A stretch of 59,467 bases of DNA, taken from NCBI GenBank assembly GCA_002633005.1, contig NMRA01000468.1:288917-348383 (forward strand), in the 5' to 3' direction. Positions 51,277 through 59,467 of the stretch are shown in pieces. A program made the position numbers and the translations under genes. The notes beneath the pieces were generated by a model. It did not search any database and had not been told where the DNA came from. It worked only from the letters and a program-made list of their open reading frames with translations. Positions within the stretch are counted from its first letter, which is position 1. Every line of letters begins with the position of its first letter. This DNA is from Phoronis australis (Eukaryota; Animalia; Phoronida).

Positions 51277-53029
51277 AACTGGAGAACCGGTTGAAGGATT
51301 TTAGTGAGTGTTGCTGAAGGGCTTGGGATGACAATGTGCCGACACCAATAAATTTTCGGGCGCATTCAAACGACTGAAGCACATCCAAGTGGCTATTTTG
51401 TAGTTGAAAAAGAGCATTTTAAATGTTGTTTGGAGGAAAAAATTTCCAGATGATATCTAGAGCGGATTCAACTACATGTAGTATTGCCCTCCATATTTCT
51501 TTTTCTGTGAGAGTGTTTCCGGATGATATGTAAAGGAATTCAACGAGAGTTGACAGACAGATTTGTGATAGCAATGCACCAGCAACATTAAGTTTTCAAA
51601 CTCATTCGACCACTGCAGCACCTCCTAGTGGGATTTTCAATAGTTGTTTGGAAGAAGATGTTTGCTGGATAATATCCAAAGGAGTGATTGACGGATTGAC
51701 ACATGTTCATAATGTCAGTGCTCGGGGACAGTATTATTTTGGGCGGATTCGACCACTACATAATATAGAATAAATGTGGGCTGTCTGGTTGTACGAGATG
51801 TGCTCGGGCCAGTCGGTTGGGACCAATGCTATGGAATCCTTTCCAGATATCTTGAGACTTGATCAACAGATGTTAATAAAACTTCACACAGAGGTATGTG
51901 ATATCAATGCTGTGGGACCATTAGATTTTCTGGCAACTTCAGCTGTTTGCCGGGGTGAATAGCATTTCTGGATGATATCAAGAAAAAAGATTGGTGCATT
52001 TGAATGTCACTTAACACAGGTTTGTGATGTCAATGCGCTTCCATCATTACATTTCGTATGGATTCAACTACTTCAGCACCTCCTAGCATCGTATTGTTTG
52101 AGGTGCACCGTGGGGGTATATCAACGCCCCAATGTTGCTCTTGTATACTAACAAAAAAATAGTTGACACTCGTGCGTGACCCCTTGTCCTTCCAATTGCC
52201 CATTCATCTGGTGAGATCAATAGGACACAAAACTGAATCGCAAGCTCGATTATGTCGTCTTACAGTGTACCTTGTCTCATTAATACAAGTGTTTTATTTC
52301 GTCATTCTGTTAAATAACTCACGACATAAACAGGCCTAACACAGTGGTTTTGTATTATCATGATAATGCATGTGGATCTTTTTTTAACTTGTATTGACTG
52401 TTTGTGTATGGTGGCTTTAGTGTAGCAAACTATATTGGCCAATATGGCGCTCGGATTGCCAATAGAACGGACGGAACCAAAATGGGATGGAAATGCAAAA
52501 AATGGGAAAGAAGGCGTTTGAAATTAGCGCAATTGTATGATTGATTTAATAGCCCGCCATCAAATTGTTGGGAATGCCAGTTTTTGAACTGGAAATTTAT
52601 GTAATATCAAAGCAGCACTGTGGAATGAGAGACACTTTCCGGTACTACATTTACACGTATATACGAGTTTACGTGCAATTTAAGTTTCTACTTGTTTGTG
52701 TGTGCAATCTGGGAACGCAAAGCGATAACAAATCCGGCCTTCCCATCATAACAATTTTTCCGATTTCTCCCACTTCCTTCCCGTTCTCGTCCTTGCTTCC
52801 TGTTTCTCGCCCATCCTTCCCATTTTTGTGTGTGTCCTTCTCATTGACAGTCCGAACCTACTGTGGATGATAAATCCCCAGTAGTTAATGTATTTATGTT
52901 TATCAAAATGTTTACCACAATGTTGTTTCAGAAATTTCACTTCAACCACAAATGTAACTAGAAAAGTCTCACAAAACGGTGAGATTAATGAAAACAACAT
53001 TCCGCATGGGTTATTTTGCTTCCTTTTAG

Positions 53030-53362
53030 TACAATGAGGCTGTTAACTGGTCAATGGCTACCTTTCATCTTAACGCGTACCAACAGCTCCTCGACCGAGA
53101 CCGTGTTCTTTACCACACAAGCGAAAAGTTCACCAAAGGCAGCTCCGGCTCTCCTGGACTGATCAGTGACGTCAGAGACAATGCGTGCGTAGCTGCTGTA
53201 CATGTGTGTCAGTTTCCGGGGGTTCCTTCTGAGTTGATGACCCATGTTCCAGATAAGTACACTGTAGAACAAGGTATTCGGATTGAGGCCATCTACAAAC
53301 ATTTGTTTGAGACGAATGAGGTTTTATGCTCAGAAATATTTCCTGAAGGTGAACCTGCGTAG
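53030..53362 (+). CDS. FAM111-like serine protease terminal exon with catalytic Ser (VLYHTSEKFTKGSSGSPGL...AAVH...VEQGIRIEAI)
   Basis: ttttag acceptor, phase 0, TAG stop. GSSGSP nucleophile motif; the C-terminal EQG..I..I is typical of FAM111-like proteases. Confidence 0.93.
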   Translation, partial: YNEAVNWSMATFHLNAYQQLLDRDRVLYHTSEKFTKGSSGSPGLISDVRDNACVAAVHVCQFPGVPSELMTHVPDKYTVEQGIRIEAIYKHLFETNEVLCSEIFPEGEPA

Positions 53363-53502
53363 TTTAGTTTACGTTTTCAGACGTGCATAAAATGAGACGC
53401 CCATTAGCGAGTGACATAGCAAACTAAAAGGAAAGTGTACCTGTTTTGTTGATCTTATCGCCTGTTGGAAACAGCGGCAACTTGCCTTAAGGTCTACTCA
53501 CC

Positions 53503-53532
53503 AATAAATCATTAGCCTCTATACGCAATAAA
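53503..53532 (+). terminator. Candidate polyadenylation signals (AATAAA x2) of the protease gene
   Basis: AATAAA at 53503-53508 and 53527-53532, 140-170 nt after the stop codon. Confidence 0.55.
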
Positions 53533-54834
53533 GGAACATAAATATATACGGATAAAGTTCAACTAAATTCCTGACATTTTATTGTAGCAAATGTTCGACG
53601 AAATTGACACATAATTCTGACACGAGCTTCGTCCAACCTTGGCAGAGTCAGACAGTTCTTTCAAAGCATGTCTGCTTTAATTTTAAAAACCACGATACCT
53701 GTGGGCGGAGCATATCTCCACGCCAGGGTTCTATGTTTTTTGGGTTCTATCCATCTGTCCTGATTCAAGTACGTCCTGGATTCCATGCGTCCCTAGATAA
53801 CGAAACCTGGATGAAGGATGCCACATGTATTTCTCGTATTCAGTATGTCCCAAGACACCTGATGTGCTCTCAGTCAAACAATCTCAGGGTTTTGTGGCTC
53901 TTAGAGACACGTCAAAATCGAGGTTTCACTGAAACTGTTTTGGGTAACGAGTGTTTTTTTGGCAAATCTCATAGCGATTGGTTATTACGGAGCAAGTCAA
54001 TAACATTATTCTCGCTAAATGATATGCAGATTCGCCATATCCCTCTGGCTACGTCAAGGCGTTAGACAATTGAATCAAGGAATCACACTTAATTTTGAAA
54101 AAATGTAATTGTGTGAATAATTTGAATATGAGTACTCATTTCAGGTAGATTGACCGTTAAGTCACTGATTTTATATTAACACTAACGGTGAGTTATTTAA
54201 CTCAATGCTCTCTATTTATACCCTGATGATTAAAATGTGAGTTCAACTCCACTTGAGAATTGCAGATAAAATGCCGCAAAGAGAGGAAAAGGGAAATTAG
54301 AGAAAGAGGATAAGTTTCAATGTTGCTGTATAATAAACTTGTATAGAACATTACCATTTTCAAAGTAAACCGAACAGAGTTCGACTGATGTCTGCCAGAC
54401 TCCTTCAAACTATGACGAGCTTCTTTTCAGAAATACTTAGTTTAAGTCTTGTCACAATGAAATAACCTTTTCACCTCAGATTGACGCGACGTTATTGCGC
54501 CCAACCGCTATTTTTATTTGTGAAAGACCTATTTCGCTAAATTATCGCGAGTATGACAAAATGCACGGAGCAACAGTCGATGTTTATTAAAAATATTTAC
54601 GGTTTACACACGAATTTCGATGTTCTCCAATGTGTGTTGAAGCTATTGTTTTACGAGTTGGTCAGGTGGGTAGTTGTAACTGACCGTAAGTGAAACTTCC
54701 AAGAGCGGCTCAAAGTCTTGCAAAAGTGTAACAGTGCTAGGGTATACATGTACTTAGTTCCGTGTTGTATTCACATCGTTGTTCTGCGGCCTAAACGTGC
54801 ATATTGTAGGGGAAGAGGTATGTTCACTGGATGG

Positions 54835-55047
54835 ATGCGCGCACCCAACCTACCAGTATGTGGACCTTTTCTAAAACAACACAAAAACGGGGTACTACGT
54901 TCAGGCGTATGAACTGTGCATTCGCGCCAATTTCCTATGGACTTTCTTCTCGTTTTCTCGGACTCTGGGGCGGTCCTTTTTGCCCACTTCGCCAAATGGG
55001 GGGGCTTCTTCGAGCTACCCGAGCACCCACTCCTGGGTGCGCGCATG
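54835..55047 (-). mobile_element. MITE with ATGCGCGCACCCA TIR
   Basis: Perfect 13-bp TIR. Internal sequence is homologous (inverted) to 51033-51276. Confidence 0.75.
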
Positions 55048-56130
55048 GTGTGTAATAAGTCATAGGCGGAATGTGCAAGGAATGCCGTGTGAACGACATT
55101 TCTTAACAACAAAGTCAATATTTGAAGTACAATTCGAAACTTGTCATTGCATTTTGGGTGCATTTAAGATGTTCGGACCAACTCTTGTGGTCAGCTTGAT
55201 TGTTTAACCCACAAGGAAGTATTTGGAGAGCAGAAGTGTTGAACTAACTACATTCGAAGTATACGTTAAAGCTGTCTGTCTCCCTGTTTAGTTGGCTAAG
55301 ATAAAATGGGTCTCATAATATTTCTTACTGCAATTAGATTCTATTTCCATCACCAACAACAACAAAGGCAAAGCGTACATTTGACGTTTTGCAATTCGAA
55401 ATTTTTGGGGTTGTCCAACCAATAATTTCTGAAAAGTGTTCTCCATATCGCTGATGGTGTCCATGTTCCGTGTAACAAACATAGAAACCTACCACGGTAA
55501 GCAATATTATGAAACGTGCTTTTTTACTAGAGTTAATGACCCAGTTGGATTTTCGTACTTTTAGTCAGTTTTGCTCAAATACATATCAAATGTAGTATGA
55601 AAGGACGCAACTCGGTTTGGAATGCCATAGTGTTCTTTTGAGCACCTGTACAATTAATGTTTTTGTGCTGAAATGCGACCGCGTGGGCGGAAGTCGCTTT
55701 TACTGCGGTTGCAATATACATTAACCTTTTCCATGCACACAAAGTTTACAACATTATTTGCTTTACTACCACCAATTGCTGGAATTAAGGGAATTCCGTT
55801 TCAACAGCGAGTGTATTATCAAGGTGTGTATGTCAGTCTGATCGAGCTGTGAAATGCATGGGAATACAAAAGAACACGTTTTGTGTCTAACAATTCCATG
55901 GTTCGTTGCAGTTGGTGCTATCCTGATGGCAAAAGCATTGCACGTTGTAGCACCAGAGCTGTATGCAAAGTGTTTACTGAGCCTATTTACCTTATAGGCT
56001 GCACCTGCGCGATACGTCCTTATACATTTATGTATCTATCCCCGTGCTTATAGCCTGTCTTCATCTCTCACAAGTTCACTGGCATGACATTAGTAAGCTA
56101 AGGAGTATACATTGTACAGATATGTGAATT

Positions 56131-56352
<222 letters not shown>

Positions 56353-59300
56353 AGCGTGTGCGTGCATGTAGTTTAATTTGCCACTATACATTTCTTTTCT
56401 AAATTTTGCATACCAGAGTTTGTAGTCACGTAAATGTGATAATGTTTTAATTGACCGGACTGCTTTAATGTGTTGAACATGGTTTTCTACTGCGTTATGC
56501 CGTCAGTGAACCTTGATTATTGTGAGTTTCTTAAATTAAGCCTACCACACACTACATATAGAGATATGGAGGTCATCAATTTTCCTTACAGGCTCAATAG
56601 GAAATGTACACGGGTTCCTCTTGATAAAGGATTGATTTCTTTGGACAATGTCTGTTTTATTTTTGAATGATTTTGGTTTATGGATTTCTTATTATGTCGG
56701 CTTAAGAGAATTTTTATGGATTTTGAGTACCCAAGTTTTAGGGTATTGGCTTTTAAGCTAACAAATCATATCCGTTAATTTTGTGTTTTGATGTTTTGTT
56801 GTGATTCACCTTGTGTTTGGCTTGAAACCAGAAAATTAGTTGTCACCGTTTTTAGCTATGTCAACAGTGTCACTTAAGAATGCACAATTTGACGTTTAAA
56901 AGCTCGCCAATATTTGGATCTCGATTGGACAGCTGCATTTTTCTAGATGACGATTGTGTTATGTTGTTGGGAATGCGAAACCATTTTAGTTCATGTAAAT
57001 CAACTGATGAATTCAAGTTTACCGTTTTTCCTCGAAGTCACTTTTTACACTTGTGTTTGCGTTTGTGTTTTTTGTGTTTTGTACATCATTGTGAAATTTG
57101 ATGTCGCGGGCTATTGTTTAAAACTTTAATGATGAAAAAGCCAAAATGAACATTTTCAGGTTGATTCATCTATTGTTTGAAATAAATAAAACATTTCAAA
57201 TGTTTGATGAGTTAGTGAACATCGTAGGACAACGACTGCTTTGCGGCTTTTTATCAAACGGCGCCGAACCCCGTTAAGGCATGCGTGTAGCGTTTGTAAT
57301 TCTGGGTCCGGTTACAGAAGAGTTATTCGATGAATATCAGCGATGGTGTCGCATAATACTATGTACGTTTCACGTGGCTGCACTTAATGGGCTTCACTAG
57401 TTTGGCCCTTTCAACCACCCAAGACAGAGTGGTCTCTAAGCCAGAAGTCGTCGTCGAGAACCAATCAGATGTTTTGGCCTGGTTACCCGGCTAAATCGAC
57501 GAAGCCAATCAGGTGCAGCCGATGTAGTTGACGTCATACAACAGTCAATTTCTCCGCCGGATAAGTTTTGAAGTTTTATGCAACCCAGCTGTGATGTTGT
57601 CATGCTTTTTATCATAGTTTTTACATGTAGATGTGCTGTGATACACTTCCGTTTTTAATAAATTCGTTCAAGGAATGAGTTTGTGGTTTTGTTTTTTTAA
57701 GTAATTTATATGTTTATTTTCTCATATACCATATTCTAGGAAATGATAAGACGCGAGAAACCCCAGATACACAAAAAGAGTGCAATTAACCCCATGTCAT
57801 TTGTGGTGCATCACACGTGTGCAGGCATTATGGTTGAGCCAACCGCACGAAACTCCTGAGGTAAAACACGAGAGTCCTGTTTTCGATCAGCGGGTTCTTC
57901 GTGCTTGTCTCCTTTAAGGAAACGAACAAATTTTTCCATTTTCCATGTTGTATATGTTGTAGGCATTTAAGAGCAATTCCATATAAAAACCAGATGGTGG
58001 GCTATATATGCAAAATCACCATTTTTTTTTTAAACTTAGCACATCAGCTGGCCTTGTCAAAAGAAACCTCAGCCTGAATTTTTAAGTTTCCGAGTTTTTT
58101 TAACCCTTTTTACGACCACTTTGTACTTTTTCCGAAAAATAGCAAATAATAGTACTTGGAAGTAGGTAACTTTTTGTCAGCAACAACACATCATCGCTTC
58201 ACGCTATAGAAAAAAATAACTATATAGAAGAAAGAATAACGTACAAGAAAAACTAGTTCGGATGGATTTTTTGATTTTTGATGTCCTCCCATTTAAGCCT
58301 ACAAAAATATCATTTTCACTGCTTATTATTAAGGCCATTTTACGCATTTTTATCACTCTCCCAAATCTATATCGGATTCTTTTGGAACATGAGTTAACTT
58401 CCATCTGTTACTGCTGTCTTTGTTCAGCCCAACGCAAAAATAAAAAATCTTGTCTCTTTCATAGTTTTTGTGCTGTCAGTTTTTTACATAACTCACTTAC
58501 ACACTTTTCTGCCAATCTGTGACTGTCAGTTAGTTTAAAAGACTCTAGGAGGCGCTACTCGATTGTGCAATTATATATCGACCAAGATGCCAAATAGAAC
58601 AAATATCATTCGTTTTGCTACATTAGTGACGAAGGAGATCATGGGAAGCTGTATGAGAGATTTATTTTCTTCGCGGATTTTCAGTTTTGCTGGTGCAAAA
58701 ATAAAAATTTGTTATAGGATTACAGAAATCAAAAAAGTCAAATTTAATGTACTTATGAGTTAATAATACAACCCCATCACCATCTCATACTTAAGAGAAT
58801 CTTATTAAGGGTGCCCATTACCCATTGCTTGGCCAGTTTTCAAACACCGTAACTTACTAAGAATCCCACGCACTGCCTGCAGTGCATGCCGGTCCATTTT
58901 CAGACCTCCTGGACAAATCCCTGTATATGCGCATGAAAAAGTCCTCTAAAACTAATAGCAAAGTTCATATTAAAACTAATCAAGATCTTCGAGATCACAC
59001 GTGAAAAGAGGACGGTGGATACGAGGAGAAGTGTCGTGTTATTGCACATACAAAGTGTCACGCAATGCTTCCTGTACTACACAAAAGTGGCCGATCATGG
59101 TGGCAGTGTGCCAGTGGAATTTGCAATTTCAGAAAAATAACAGGTACGGATATTTACGATTGAAAGCATAATACTTTCAGTGATATCCAAGATACCGGCT
59201 TTCCAAACCAGTATTTAAGCAATTGGGTGTTGTTGCGACTTACCAGCTAAACGTTTCACAATATGTAAATTCCGGTCATGCGGCGGACTCAAAACCACAC

Positions 59301-59467
59301 TTACTTGTAAACATGGTGGTATCTGCTACCCAGCGTCGTCGTCAGCTAGGAGTCCATCTTCATCGTGGGTTTCGACCTTGACCTAGAACCTTCTCCGATG
59401 GTAGGTCTCTGAAGGCTGATCAGACCTCCAGCCGACGCTGAGGTTGCCATTTGTTCTCACGCTGTAA

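Larger units (their letters stand above)
47420..52150 (+). repeat. Degenerate array of ~150-bp related repeats (gatgatatc...gatt...tgacacaga.gtatgtga), in blocks at ~47530-48040 and ~51400-52100; probably Helentron-like internal repeats
   Basis: Recurring motifs in both blocks, interrupted by the Kolobok element and a MITE. Boundaries are approximate. Confidence 0.5.

Noticed and set aside
57741-57860. AG...GT-bounded segment as a possible downstream exon of the Ig gene
   Set aside because: Stop codons in all three frames and no Ig motif.

Overview
This is AT-rich eukaryotic DNA, inferred to be from an invertebrate and probably a lophotrochozoan. It contains spliced genes set in dense, mostly degenerate transposon sequence, and most ORF-track entries are spurious or TE debris. 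Two + strand intron-containing genes can be reconstructed by reading splice sites and codon phases. (1) A lachesin/IgLON-like Ig-domain gene (exons 7924-14210) that breaks off in its third Ig domain. (2) A phase-consistent 9-exon model (16502-53362, about 684 aa, 5'-incomplete) encoding ankyrin repeats, a ZU5-like domain with an HFS motif, a UPA-like region, a Gly-rich linker and a FAM111-type trypsin-like serine protease with an intact His/Asp/Ser triad. This resembles an ankyrin/PIDD/UNC5-type scaffold with a protease in the position of the death domain, and it is the main candidate for an undescribed system. Its ~15 kb central intron holds a nest of a Gypsy LTR element, self-nested Helentron/DINE-like elements and a Kolobok element, plus an IS3EU-like transposon. 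Other repeats include further Kolobok copies with THAP and KolX remnants, a CR1/L2 LINE, Penelope-like fragments with hammerhead-like motifs, a tRNA-derived SINE, several MITEs, and mini/microsatellites. All calls come from reading the sequence by eye; no database search was run.
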